IMG/VR virus record: IMGVR_UViG_3300026953_000016
Coordinates: 1 to 53,086 of that record
Direction: 5' to 3' (one strand)
DNA from: a virus
Lineage: Duplodnaviria; Caudoviricetes
DNA: 53,086 nucleotides
Shown: positions 34,440 through 43,852 of the stretch, in pieces
How positions within the stretch are numbered: position 1 is the first letter of the stretch
Layout: each line of letters begins with the position of its first letter
Position numbers and translations under genes: made by a program
Notes under the pieces: model-generated
Told to the model about the DNA's origin: nothing
What the model saw: the letters and a program-made list of their open reading frames with translations, nothing else
Databases searched by the model: none

Positions 34440-35461
34440 TGGCCGCGATCGACCAAATTGTTAAGGTGTTCCGAGACTTCGAGGGGCCGTTTTCGGCTCG
34501 TTTTCGGAAGGACTCCAACAATTATGTGGCGCCCGAGCATCACATTGCGGGGGATGATGGTGCGCCTGTAATTGGCGCATCTTCTGACACCGCATGGGAT
34601 GGTTCGGTATCATCGCCGTCTTTAATCTCCATTTTAAAGGCTGTGGCGTCGAAATTGCTCGGCACCGTGGCTGTATCCGGCCCGCTTACGGATGCCGAGC
34701 TTCGTGCGTCTGCCGTACCGGTTTCTCTTGCCTCTGTCCCTCTGGCGAGCGGTGCAGCTTCGAGCGCAAAGCAGGATGCCATCCTGACTACACTTGCTGC
34801 TGTTGCTACGGCTGCCAAACAGGATGCTCTGCTTTCCTCAAATCACAACGATTTAGCGGCAATTTTTAACGCCCTGGTCGGAACGCTGACGGTCAGTGCT
34901 CAAACGCTTCCGCTTCCTTCAGGGGCTGCTACAAGTGCGAAACAGGATGTAATTGTAACCGCGTTAGGTTCGCTGGCAACGTCTGCGAAGCAAGACGCGT
35001 TGGCCACAGCCAATCACGCCGACTTGGTGGCCATTTTGGGTAGGCTATCGACGGATCCAGCAACTCAAACAACACTCGCGGAAATCTTGGCGGTATTGAG
35101 CGGGATAACTGGTTTGTTGGATGCTGGTGCAACTGCTGTTTCAGCAACTTTGGCGTCCCAAAATTCTGCAACGGATTGGTTCTCACCGCCGATCGTTGGT
35201 CGAAACTTTTTTATCAACCTTGTTCCGCATGCAACTCAAGGATTTGCTGGCACGCTTGTGCTCGAAGTGCAGTTTTCAGGCGATGCAAATATTTATGTGC
35301 TTGACTCCGGGACTGGCTCACAGCTCGGAAAATTGAGTGGTCCATTCGCTTCTGGCATCAACCCGTCTTTTGCCTGGAATTGTACAAAGGCCGTGACCGC
35401 CTTCCGTCTGCGCTGCTCGTCCTATATGTCGGGTTCGATCGGCGCCAAGCTGACCCAATAA
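34436..35461 (+). CDS. Fibre-like protein with internal repeats
   Basis: Four A(T/S)xAKQD motifs in two ~42-aa units; Ala/Ser/Thr-rich. Confidence 0.65.
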   Translation: MMAAIDQIVKVFRDFEGPFSARFRKDSNNYVAPEHHIAGDDGAPVIGASSDTAWDGSVSSPSLISILKAVASKLLGTVAVSGPLTDAELRASAVPVSLASVPLASGAASSAKQDAILTTLAAVATAAKQDALLSSNHNDLAAIFNALVGTLTVSAQTLPLPSGAATSAKQDVIVTALGSLATSAKQDALATANHADLVAILGRLSTDPATQTTLAEILAVLSGITGLLDAGATAVSATLASQNSATDWFSPPIVGRNFFINLVPHATQGFAGTLVLEVQFSGDANIYVLDSGTGSQLGKLSGPFASGINPSFAWNCTKAVTAFRLRCSSYMSGSIGAKLTQ

Positions 35462-35485
35462 TCTGAGAAAAGTGAGGATCGGCCG

Positions 35486-36964
35486 ATGACTGATCAGGTC
35501 GTGATGCAGATTGCAGGCGCTGCTCTTAGCCATGCATCTTTTGCAGGTGTTTCCTTTAGTAGTTCGATATTGTTCGATGTCGACCGCATTATGCCACGGC
35601 AACAGGTAACGTCGGGCATCGCATTTACACCGAGTGAAGTCTCTGCTGTGGCTGGAATGCAATGCCTAGCAAGCCTAGTCGCGGACGGGGTAAATATTCC
35701 AACATTCACAGGCTTCAAAGAAGCGGGATGGAGCGCGGGCTATCTCAACACCGCTGGGATCGTCAACAACATCGAGTTCCTTTTCGACGGGCTCGATTAC
35801 CTCTTTGCGGTGCTTCAAAATGTGAACCCGGTGACTGCTCCTGTCTGTTCACAGATCACGGCAGCGGCGACCGGCACCACCGTAGTGCTCGGCTATTCGA
35901 AATCGCTGTCCGGCAGCTCTGTGCCGCCGACCTCAGCCTTTGCGATCATCAATTCGGCAGGCGCTCAGAACGTGACAGGTGTCGCCGTGTCGGGCACCGG
36001 CGTTACTCTCACCACGGATCGCGTGATCGGCTCTACCGACACAATCACGGTGTCTTATATCCCGCCGCCAAGCAGCGGCATCAAAAGCACCGATGGTGAA
36101 TTCGCCGGCGCCTTGACCAACTTCGCCACTACCGTCACGGGCGGCCCGCCGGTCAATACCGTGGCTCCGGCGCTGTCTTCGACCACACCGGTGGTTGGGA
36201 TCGCGTTATCGGTCTCGAACGGTACTTGGACCAATAGCCCGACCAGCTACGGCTACCAGTGGAAATGGGCTGATACCGGTGCCGCCATTTCGGGTGCCAC
36301 ATCGGCCTCATATACACCTGTTACCGGTGATATCAGTCACACGCTGAAGTGCGATGTCACGGCGACGAACGCTTCTGGCTCGGCCACGACGTCGTCGAAC
36401 ACTTCCAGCGCGGTCGCGGCGGCTCCGGCCAATACCAATATTCGCCTAACTATAGTCAATGGTCTTTCCGAAACTGTTGACGGATCGGGTTACGATTACG
36501 GTCCGGCAGCGGACAGTTCGAGCAACACGTTTACGACCAATTTGTCCGGCGTCACGTCGACCAAACTTGCATCTGGTTCTGACGGCTATGCCGGGGCAAC
36601 ATTCACCGGTTACAGCGCCAGCGTGGATGGCCTGATCGTTGGGTTCAAAGCCACGCAAGCCACCGGGACTTACGTCACCGTAAATTACGGCATCTACTGC
36701 ACGTCCGGGACCAGCCATTACGTCATCATCAATAATGGTACCGGTGGCGTCGCGCCGACCACAAACATCACGCCCGCCGCAAATGACATCGTGCGCATGC
36801 ATCGTGTGGGCACGACCATCACAGCCGAAGTGTCGAAAGACAGTGGCTCTACCTGGACTGTGGCCTACACCTGGACCAGTGTGTCTGCGGCCGATCTCTA
36901 CGGCTACTTCGACACCAACAAGCCACGAGGGATCAAGCTGCCGTTCACGAACGGGTTTGCCTGA
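35486..36964 (+). CDS. Multi-domain Ser/Thr-rich protein (SwmB/Ig-like repeats, lectin-like C-terminus)
   Basis: TTVVLGYSKSL...VAVSGTGVTLT...TITVSY; PVNTVAP...NGTW...YGYQW...GATSASYT...VTATN. Confidence 0.7.
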   Translation: MTDQVVMQIAGAALSHASFAGVSFSSSILFDVDRIMPRQQVTSGIAFTPSEVSAVAGMQCLASLVADGVNIPTFTGFKEAGWSAGYLNTAGIVNNIEFLFDGLDYLFAVLQNVNPVTAPVCSQITAAATGTTVVLGYSKSLSGSSVPPTSAFAIINSAGAQNVTGVAVSGTGVTLTTDRVIGSTDTITVSYIPPPSSGIKSTDGEFAGALTNFATTVTGGPPVNTVAPALSSTTPVVGIALSVSNGTWTNSPTSYGYQWKWADTGAAISGATSASYTPVTGDISHTLKCDVTATNASGSATTSSNTSSAVAAAPANTNIRLTIVNGLSETVDGSGYDYGPAADSSSNTFTTNLSGVTSTKLASGSDGYAGATFTGYSASVDGLIVGFKATQATGTYVTVNYGIYCTSGTSHYVIINNGTGGVAPTTNITPAANDIVRMHRVGTTITAEVSKDSGSTWTVAYTWTSVSAADLYGYFDTNKPRGIKLPFTNGFA

Positions 36965-37662
36965 TGATCAGGCGTCCGCAAATCCAGAAGATGTCATCAT
37001 CTGTTAATTTTATCCTCGACGGAAATTCCTTGGGGTTTGGCCTGGGAGCGACCGGAGGGCAAAACCTTTCCGCGCAGATTGTCGGACTGCCGCCGGTCTT
37101 CGGATCTGGCGCTACCATGTCAAACGTCTGTGTATCTGGCCAAACTTGGAGGAATATGAATGGCCTGGATGGTGGCTCATCAGCTGATGTCGACGCAGCT
37201 TTTGTGAACGGGAAGTACAACTTACTCTTTGCGTGGGAGACGACGAACGCGGTCTTCAATACCGGGCGGACTGCGGCGCAAGTTATACAAGATGCAAATG
37301 ATTACATTGCTGCGCGTCTTGCCGCCCATCCAACGTTGAAGATTATCATGCTGCGGACCCTACCGCGTCAGGTCGGCCCGGTGGTCACTGATCTTGCCTC
37401 ACGGATCGAGCGCAACCAGACCAATGATGCGGTGGACGCTTACTTCGCCGCGAATTACCGCGCATGCGGGCTCAGCGCGTTTGTCGATATCCGACGGTCA
37501 GGCTCGCCCTGGGCGTTCACGGATTACACGGACGCTTCCTTCGCTGCGAACGACAGCCTTTGGTATGAGGCCGCGGGCGGCCGGGTGCATCTCGTGAATG
37601 CGGGCTATGCGATTGTGGCTGGGTGGTGCGCCGAGATCATTCGGCGGTTGCCTAGCCGCTGA
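36964..37662 (+). CDS. SGNH/GDSL hydrolase (esterase / deacetylase-like)
   Basis: Block I DGNSL, block II VSGQT, block III ETTN, block V RVHLVNAGY. Confidence 0.75.
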   Translation: MIRRPQIQKMSSSVNFILDGNSLGFGLGATGGQNLSAQIVGLPPVFGSGATMSNVCVSGQTWRNMNGLDGGSSADVDAAFVNGKYNLLFAWETTNAVFNTGRTAAQVIQDANDYIAARLAAHPTLKIIMLRTLPRQVGPVVTDLASRIERNQTNDAVDAYFAANYRACGLSAFVDIRRSGSPWAFTDYTDASFAANDSLWYEAAGGRVHLVNAGYAIVAGWCAEIIRRLPSR

Positions 37663-37663
37663 T

Positions 37664-38287
37664 ATGGCAAAGATCGCGGGGCGTGAGGCGACAAAGAAAC
37701 GGCTCGTCGCGATACCAAAGATGGTTCGTGCCGAGCTCAAGGCAGAAATGCCGCGTTGGGCTGGCGCTGTCGTCAATGCCCAGCGGTCGCGAGTTCGCAT
37801 CGAAGCACCACCTGGAGCTCATGCGAAGGGGAGCCGTAAGGTTCCAGCACATACCGCCGGCACAGCAAAGCGCGCCATCCGATGGGATTGGAGTAAGCGC
37901 GGTCTCATGATTCGTATGACCGGTATTGTGAATACCAAAGACATCGAGAACATGGGCTTGTGGCTTGAGCGCGGTACGCGGCCGGGCGTCAAAGGCACGA
38001 ACTACAAATACATCGGGTTCCGTAGTCGCCGAAAGAAGGGGTATCGGCGTGATCCAAACGGAAAATGGATCACGGCTCCCGAAAAGTATGTGATGAGTTA
38101 CGCCCGGAAGGTGTATCGCACGCATCCTGGGACAAAGCCGTATCCCTTCTATTTTGATCCTTGGAGAGCACTGAAGCCGCGCATTCGTGAGGGCATGATT
38201 GCGGCCTGGCGGCGCGGCCTCGCCAAATCACAGCGCGATCTTGCCATTGAAAAATGGCTCTCCGATCTCTCCGAAACTGGAAGCTAA
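37664..38287 (+). CDS. HK97 gp10-like neck protein
   Basis: WLERGTR...HPGTKPYPFYFDPW; very basic. Confidence 0.7.
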   Translation: MAKIAGREATKKRLVAIPKMVRAELKAEMPRWAGAVVNAQRSRVRIEAPPGAHAKGSRKVPAHTAGTAKRAIRWDWSKRGLMIRMTGIVNTKDIENMGLWLERGTRPGVKGTNYKYIGFRSRRKKGYRRDPNGKWITAPEKYVMSYARKVYRTHPGTKPYPFYFDPWRALKPRIREGMIAAWRRGLAKSQRDLAIEKWLSDLSETGS

Positions 38288-38297
38288 GGGGCCGCTG

Positions 38298-38798
38298 ATG
38301 ACCGCGATTGCTGCCGACGTTGAGCTGCAGAAGGCTGTCTTTTCCGTTCTGGTAGGGGATGCTCAGGTATCGGCAGCGCTGGGAAGGATTGAGATCGATG
38401 GCGCGCCGCAAGTGGCGCTGTTCGACCTCGTGCCGCAGGAGGTCATTGGGGCCTTCCAAGCCGGACAGGGCATTACTTATGCCGCGTTCGGCGAAAGCGA
38501 ATTCGCTGTGACGCCTTTCGATTCTGACGGCGATGATCCTGACGAGGAAGAGCCAGAAGAGAATGAGCACATTTTATATGTGCGCGTATATTCGCAGGCG
38601 GTCGGTCTTATCGAGGTCAAAGGCATCGTTGGCTTGATGCATGATGCCATCAAGGCGGCTTGGAAAGCCGGCCGGATTGAACTGCCTCACTACCAAGTAA
38701 AATTGCTCGATCCGCAGGGCGGCAAGTTTGGACGCCTTGATGACGGATTTACCGGAACTGGCACGCTGACGCTGCGCGCCCTCATCAGCCCAAAGTAA
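38298..38798 (+). CDS. Tail completion / terminator protein (DUF3168-like)
   Basis: ELQKAVFSVL...FDLVPQ...YAAFGE...VYSQAVG..EVK. Confidence 0.75.
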   Translation: MTAIAADVELQKAVFSVLVGDAQVSAALGRIEIDGAPQVALFDLVPQEVIGAFQAGQGITYAAFGESEFAVTPFDSDGDDPDEEEPEENEHILYVRVYSQAVGLIEVKGIVGLMHDAIKAAWKAGRIELPHYQVKLLDPQGGKFGRLDDGFTGTGTLTLRALISPK

Positions 38799-38810
38799 AG
38801 GAACCAATCC

Positions 38811-39242
38811 ATGTCACAGCCAGTAGCCTCCAAATTCTCGGAATTGATCATCAAAATCGGTGACGGTGCCAGCCCTGAAACCTTCACGAAGGTCGGCATC
38901 GCGATGGTGTCGCGCTCCTGGAACCAGACGGGACAGACCGTTTCCCGCACCACACCGGATGAAGACAACGAAGACCTGGTCGTTTACGAGGACAAAGAGC
39001 CCTCAACTCGTTCTGCGGCTGCGTCCGGAAAAGGCAAGATTGACAAGTCCAAGGTTGCGGCTTTGCAGGCCAAGCTGATGGTCAAAGGCAACTATGAGAT
39101 CGTGGAGACGGGTGTTGGTACGTGGATGGGGCCGTTCATCTTGACCCAATTCAATCGCACGGGTGAGCGCGCCAACACCTGGGATTGCGACATTACGTTG
39201 GAGGCATCTGGCGCACTCATCTTCACGCCGTCTGGGTCCTAA
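38811..39242 (+). CDS. Major tail tube protein
   Basis: LIIKIGDGASPETFT...WMGPFILT...ITLEASG. Confidence 0.85.
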   Translation: MSQPVASKFSELIIKIGDGASPETFTKVGIAMVSRSWNQTGQTVSRTTPDEDNEDLVVYEDKEPSTRSAAASGKGKIDKSKVAALQAKLMVKGNYEIVETGVGTWMGPFILTQFNRTGERANTWDCDITLEASGALIFTPSGS

Positions 39243-39814
39243 TGACGGCGATTGCATTCGACGGCACCGGGGCGCTTACGGCGCCTTGGGCCGGCGAACA
39301 GCGATACTTCAGGCTGACGATCGGCGCGCTGCGGGAGCTCGATGTACTCCTCTGTGAGCCATTCACACTCGTTGTCGAGCGAATAGTCCAGGGCGGGGCC
39401 CGCTTCCACGACATCCGGCATATCTTCTACCATGGCCTGGTCGGTGGCGGGATGGACCGCAGTGCAGCGCACGCGCTGTGCTGCAAAGAGATCGATGCTG
39501 CGCCCCTCTATATGCTTCTGCCGCTAGCCGACATGGCGGCTGTGATCCTCACCGCGGGCATGAGCTCTGGTCCGCGCTCGGCCGACAGCGATGAAGAGTT
39601 GCCGGTAGCGACGGGTGAGCCGAAGCGTATCGGCTTCGACACCATTCTGCGGTTTGCAGGTGCGATCGGCATTCCAGTCCCTGTCTTGAACGAGATGTCG
39701 ATCTGGGAGTTCGAGCAGCAGTTGGATGGCTGGATCAAGGCAAACGGCGTGGAACAAAAAGCAGAACCGCCAGAACCGAGTGAAGAGCGCTTCGACGAGG
39801 TAATGAGGGACTGA
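39242..39814 (+). CDS. Tail assembly chaperone (GTA gp10-like)
   Basis: WAGEQRYFRLTIGALREL...GLVGGGM...MSIWEF; between tail tube and tape measure. Confidence 0.75.
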   Translation: MTAIAFDGTGALTAPWAGEQRYFRLTIGALRELDVLLCEPFTLVVERIVQGGARFHDIRHIFYHGLVGGGMDRSAAHALCCKEIDAAPLYMLLPLADMAAVILTAGMSSGPRSADSDEELPVATGEPKRIGFDTILRFAGAIGIPVPVLNEMSIWEFEQQLDGWIKANGVEQKAEPPEPSEERFDEVMRD

Positions 39815-42156
39815 TGTCAGATAACCTCATCCTGATGCTGGATGCGCGCCTGGATAAGCTCGATCAGAATATGAGCAAGGCTGCGCTCCTGCTGGATCAG
39901 CGCTTGGCGCATATGGAGAAGCGGGCCTCTGAATCCGAAAAGAAGATGGGAGAAACTTGGAAGCGCGCTGGAGAGGTGTTTGTCGGCGCGCTATCGGTTG
40001 AGGCCATCAACCGCTTTGTCGAAAAATCGATGGAGCGTGTGGATTCTATAAAGCGTGAGGCCCAGGTTTGGGGGATGGCAACGGAAAGTGTCCAGGCTTT
40101 CCAGATCATTGCCGATAAGGCCGATACACCGCTCGATGCCTTGAGTGCGGGTATGTCAAAATTCGCAGCTGGTTTGGGCGAGGCAAAGGCTGGCGGCGGA
40201 GAGTTGAAGAAAATCCTCGATCAGCTCCTTGGGCCGAACTCGTACAAGAATTCTTCGATCGAGGAGACGTTCTACCGGCTGATCGATATTGCCAACAAAT
40301 TGCCAGCGGCGCAGCGCGATCTTGTCTTGAAATCTGCTTTCGGCAAGGGCTTCGCGCCTATGACCGGTTTTGTCGGTATGGGGTCCGCCCAAATCAAAAG
40401 TCAGATGGCGGAGCTTAAGGCGTCCGGGGCGATCAATAGTGAGGAAGAGCTCGAGAAGATCAAAAAGCTTGATGATGCCTGGAAGGATGTGAAGGCGCGT
40501 TTGAGCGCGGGCGGTATTACGGTTCTTTCCGGCGCATCCGAAGCCGTCAGCCGTATGACGGGGGATTTCAAGGATCCAGCGTTTCAGACGGCACTCAAGC
40601 ATTTTGGCGAATTCATCGGCTTGCTGGCTTCGTTCATGGCCAAGTACGCCGACAAATTGCCTTTACTCGCTGCAGCAGCCTTCGGTGCCAAAATTCCTGG
40701 TCCGCCATTGGTCAAGCTGCTTGGCGCGGCCGGCGCCGCTGGGTTTGCTTACACCCAGCTCAATCAGCCGGAACCGACGCTGTCTGAGCTGGAACGTAAC
40801 GACAGAGTTGCGAAGGCCAATCTTGATGATCTGAGAAAGGCATGGGACCCCAAAAAAGGGGTGATGCGCGATGTCGATTGGCTTGGTGGCGGGCAGCAAA
40901 AGGTCGCGGCGGCTGAGCAAGCCTATAATGAGGCTCATGCGGCGCTCGAAGAACGCAGGAAGGCGATCGCAGCGGCGGCCTGGGCTGGCGCTCACCCTGA
41001 GAATGGTGAGCCGAAGGGCAAGCCGCCTAATCTGAATATGGGTTCGCCTGATCAGCGCAGCTTTGCGCGCAAGGCTCTGGACGAAGCACTCGAAACAGGC
41101 CGTACGCGGCTCGCCAAGATAAGCTCTGAAGCGGCTAACAAAGGGATGAGCCCAGGGACGCAGTCTGGGGCGCTGTATGTTAGCGAGGCCCTGGAAGGTG
41201 TCTACAAGTCCGTTTCCAAGGCAGCGCTTGAAAAGGGTGAGAGTGAGGCAAAGGCTGCTAAGCAGGCTGATCTTGCGGTGAAGGCTGCGGAATCCCAGGT
41301 CCGTGCTATGGGGGCGCTGATTGCAAAGGCGGCGGAGGTCAATGCGCTATCCGCGTTTAACGAAGAAGCTGCAAAATCTGCAGAGAGCGAGATTGCTCGG
41401 TTTCGCGAAGAGGCGGAGGCCGTTGGCAAGACGGCTGGAGCCATCGCTGAATATGAATATGTGCAAGGGGCGCTTAATACTGCGATTGAGCGGCACATAA
41501 CCCTGGGAGAGGCGGATATCGCAGCCATCCGCGAGCGTGGCCGTATGATCGGTGCAGCGGCGCAGGTCTCGCATGACGCGGTCGAGGCGGCGCAGCGCGA
41601 GGTGGAGGTGACCGACTCTTTGCGCAGCGGCCTATCGCAGATGGCGATGTCCGGAATGCAGGGTTTCGCTTCCTTAAAATCGTCGGCTGCGGATTTTCTG
41701 CAAATGCTGGCGCGCATGGTGCTTCAGGTTGGGGTCCTTGATCCACTGATGAAAACCATGTTCGGCGAAAAGGGCACAAGCGGAGGCGGATTTCTGGGGC
41801 CGGTTATCAAGGGAGTGTTTGGAGCAATCCCAAAATACGATACCGGCGTCTCGTATCATCCTGGTGGGGCCGCGATCGTTCACCGGGATGAACTCGTGGA
41901 CCTGCCTCGTGGAACGCGCGTGTTCACCAAGACAGCAACCGGCGCAATGCTGAATGCGGCGGCCAATGGGGTATCGCGTACTCCGGCCATGCAGGTCGAT
42001 GGATCGTCGAATATCGTGGTGCAGGGTAATGCCGATAACCAGGCCATAGCGGCAATGCAGGCGATGCTGGAAGAGCATCGCCGTGCGCTTCCCACTACGA
42101 TCCGGCGGGTGATGATAGCCGACAAAGCGAACTTCGCCGGGGTATATTCGGACTAA
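39814..42156 (+). CDS. Tail tape measure protein
   Basis: 780 aa, Ala-rich and helical; C-terminal AIVHRDELVDLPRGTRV. Confidence 0.9.
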   Translation: MSDNLILMLDARLDKLDQNMSKAALLLDQRLAHMEKRASESEKKMGETWKRAGEVFVGALSVEAINRFVEKSMERVDSIKREAQVWGMATESVQAFQIIADKADTPLDALSAGMSKFAAGLGEAKAGGGELKKILDQLLGPNSYKNSSIEETFYRLIDIANKLPAAQRDLVLKSAFGKGFAPMTGFVGMGSAQIKSQMAELKASGAINSEEELEKIKKLDDAWKDVKARLSAGGITVLSGASEAVSRMTGDFKDPAFQTALKHFGEFIGLLASFMAKYADKLPLLAAAAFGAKIPGPPLVKLLGAAGAAGFAYTQLNQPEPTLSELERNDRVAKANLDDLRKAWDPKKGVMRDVDWLGGGQQKVAAAEQAYNEAHAALEERRKAIAAAAWAGAHPENGEPKGKPPNLNMGSPDQRSFARKALDEALETGRTRLAKISSEAANKGMSPGTQSGALYVSEALEGVYKSVSKAALEKGESEAKAAKQADLAVKAAESQVRAMGALIAKAAEVNALSAFNEEAAKSAESEIARFREEAEAVGKTAGAIAEYEYVQGALNTAIERHITLGEADIAAIRERGRMIGAAAQVSHDAVEAAQREVEVTDSLRSGLSQMAMSGMQGFASLKSSAADFLQMLARMVLQVGVLDPLMKTMFGEKGTSGGGFLGPVIKGVFGAIPKYDTGVSYHPGGAAIVHRDELVDLPRGTRVFTKTATGAMLNAAANGVSRTPAMQVDGSSNIVVQGNADNQAIAAMQAMLEEHRRALPTTIRRVMIADKANFAGVYSD

Positions 42157-42159
42157 GCG

Positions 42160-42822
42160 ATGACTATAACGTTTCCCCGCAATCTTCCCACTGTGAAGCT
42201 TAAATGCGACGAATGCGATTACACCGTCATTGGCCAAGAGGCTGCGACGCTGGGTGGCCAAGACACAGTGATGGAAACGGCTGTCCCCGTCTGGTTTGCG
42301 AAGTATTCCACACCTTTGCTGCGCGGTGCCGATCTGCGCGCCATGGAGGCATGGTTATCGTCGATAAAAAGCCCCCCGCAGTATTTCTGGGCACGTGATA
42401 CACGAGCGCGGTACCCGAGGGCATATCAGGGTGGCTTCGGATCCATGCTGCGCCCTAACGGTACCGCGTTCGATGGCACTTGTGTTCTATCGTCTGTAGG
42501 TATCGACAGCGTAAGTCTTGGCCTGTCGTCACTTCCCGCTGGCTTCATCCTTGGTGAAGGTGATCTTTTGTCCTTTTCTTGGGATGGCGGACGGCAGGCC
42601 TTTCATCGCATCATTTCGCCGGCGGCATCGGCTAATACCTCGGGGCTCCTGACGGTGGAGGTGCGGCCTTTGCTACGCAGTGGCTATAGTTCCGGAGTTA
42701 CTGTTCGGCTCGACAAGCCTGTGTTCAAGGCGAAGCTGGTGATGAATAGCGATCGCCGCTCCCGCAATGACTCGGGCTTTTGCACCTTTTCTTTTGAAGC
42801 GCGGCAGGTTTTGACCCAGTGA
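42160..42822 (+). CDS. Distal tail protein
   Basis: Position after the tape measure gene; EAWL...RYPRAY...SFEARQ. Confidence 0.65.
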   Translation: MTITFPRNLPTVKLKCDECDYTVIGQEAATLGGQDTVMETAVPVWFAKYSTPLLRGADLRAMEAWLSSIKSPPQYFWARDTRARYPRAYQGGFGSMLRPNGTAFDGTCVLSSVGIDSVSLGLSSLPAGFILGEGDLLSFSWDGGRQAFHRIISPAASANTSGLLTVEVRPLLRSGYSSGVTVRLDKPVFKAKLVMNSDRRSRNDSGFCTFSFEARQVLTQ

Positions 42823-43436
42823 GCTACTTCGATTCATCGACGCTCGCAGCCATCCAATCTGGCCGCCTGATCGCGCGCAAATTCGTCTATGCGGAATTCC
42901 AAGAGGGCACGCTCGGTTGGTGGAATGATGCGGGAGACATCACCGTCAACGGTATCGACTATGCCGGTGATTGTGCTATTGGCCCGATTTCTGGTCTTGC
43001 CGGGCTGAGTGATCTATCTATGGCCAGTGTATCGGTCTCGCTTTCGATGGTCGATCCGCAGTTGCGCGATGCCTTTGCCATTCGTACCTGGCATTTGCGG
43101 CCTATGACCATACAGATTCTGCTTTTCGATCCCACCATGAGAACGGCCTACGCGACGCCGCTGCAGCGCTACCGCGCCATGATGGACAAAGTTTCGTATC
43201 CGCAATCAACCAGCGATAAAGCTGAGATCACCGTCAAGCTTGCTGATTTCTTGTCCCGCGGACTGCGCAGTCCGGCGGCCTTTCGCACGGATGGCGATCA
43301 ACGCATGCGGCTGGCTACCGATTCCTCGTTTCGTTATGTGTCGACGGTAGACCGGCCTGTCGACGTTGTTTGGGGCACGCGGCAGCCGAAGTATGGCAAT
43401 GCTGTCGTTCGCGGCCTGACGCCTACAAAGGTCTGA
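42819..43436 (+). CDS. Tail tip / hub protein
   Basis: GDITVNGIDYAG...RTDGDQ...DSSFRYV...VWG pattern. Confidence 0.65.
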   Translation: MSYFDSSTLAAIQSGRLIARKFVYAEFQEGTLGWWNDAGDITVNGIDYAGDCAIGPISGLAGLSDLSMASVSVSLSMVDPQLRDAFAIRTWHLRPMTIQILLFDPTMRTAYATPLQRYRAMMDKVSYPQSTSDKAEITVKLADFLSRGLRSPAAFRTDGDQRMRLATDSSFRYVSTVDRPVDVVWGTRQPKYGNAVVRGLTPTKV

Positions 43437-43438
43437 TC

Positions 43439-43852
43439 ATGCGACATCCTGATTGGCAAAACCGTCTGTTGCAGGCGGTCGAAGAGGCTCGTCCGCTGCC
43501 ACACCGCTGGGGTCAAAATGATTGCGGGCTCTTCGCGCTGATGCGCTGTTTCGAGGCAGTTACCGGTGAGCGCAGTCCGATCGCCGATCTGGCGGGCACA
43601 TATTTCGACGAAGACACTGCGCAAACCCTATTGCGCGAGCTTGGGGTGGAGGATGTGGAAGGATTGGCTGCATTGCACCTTCCTCGTCATGAGGGTCCGC
43701 AACTCGCCAGGCGCGGCGATATCGGTGTGGTGCAATGGACTGGCGGAAAAACGCTCGTAGTGGTCTTGGGGCCGGTGTGTGCCGCACCGGGTGATGTGTG
43801 CCTGTCATTCCTTAAGCGATCGCATCTGATCGCTTCGTTCATGGTGGGATAA
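43439..43852 (+). CDS. NlpC/P60-like tail assembly protein
   Basis: RHPDWQNRL...WGQNDC...ARRGDI. Confidence 0.75.
   Translation: MRHPDWQNRLLQAVEEARPLPHRWGQNDCGLFALMRCFEAVTGERSPIADLAGTYFDEDTAQTLLRELGVEDVEGLAALHLPRHEGPQLARRGDIGVVQWTGGKTLVVVLGPVCAAPGDVCLSFLKRSHLIASFMVG

Noticed and set aside
39242-39814. Programmed frameshift in the tail assembly chaperone
   Set aside because: A single ORF spans from tail tube to tape measure, so no frameshift is needed and no clear slippery site was identified.
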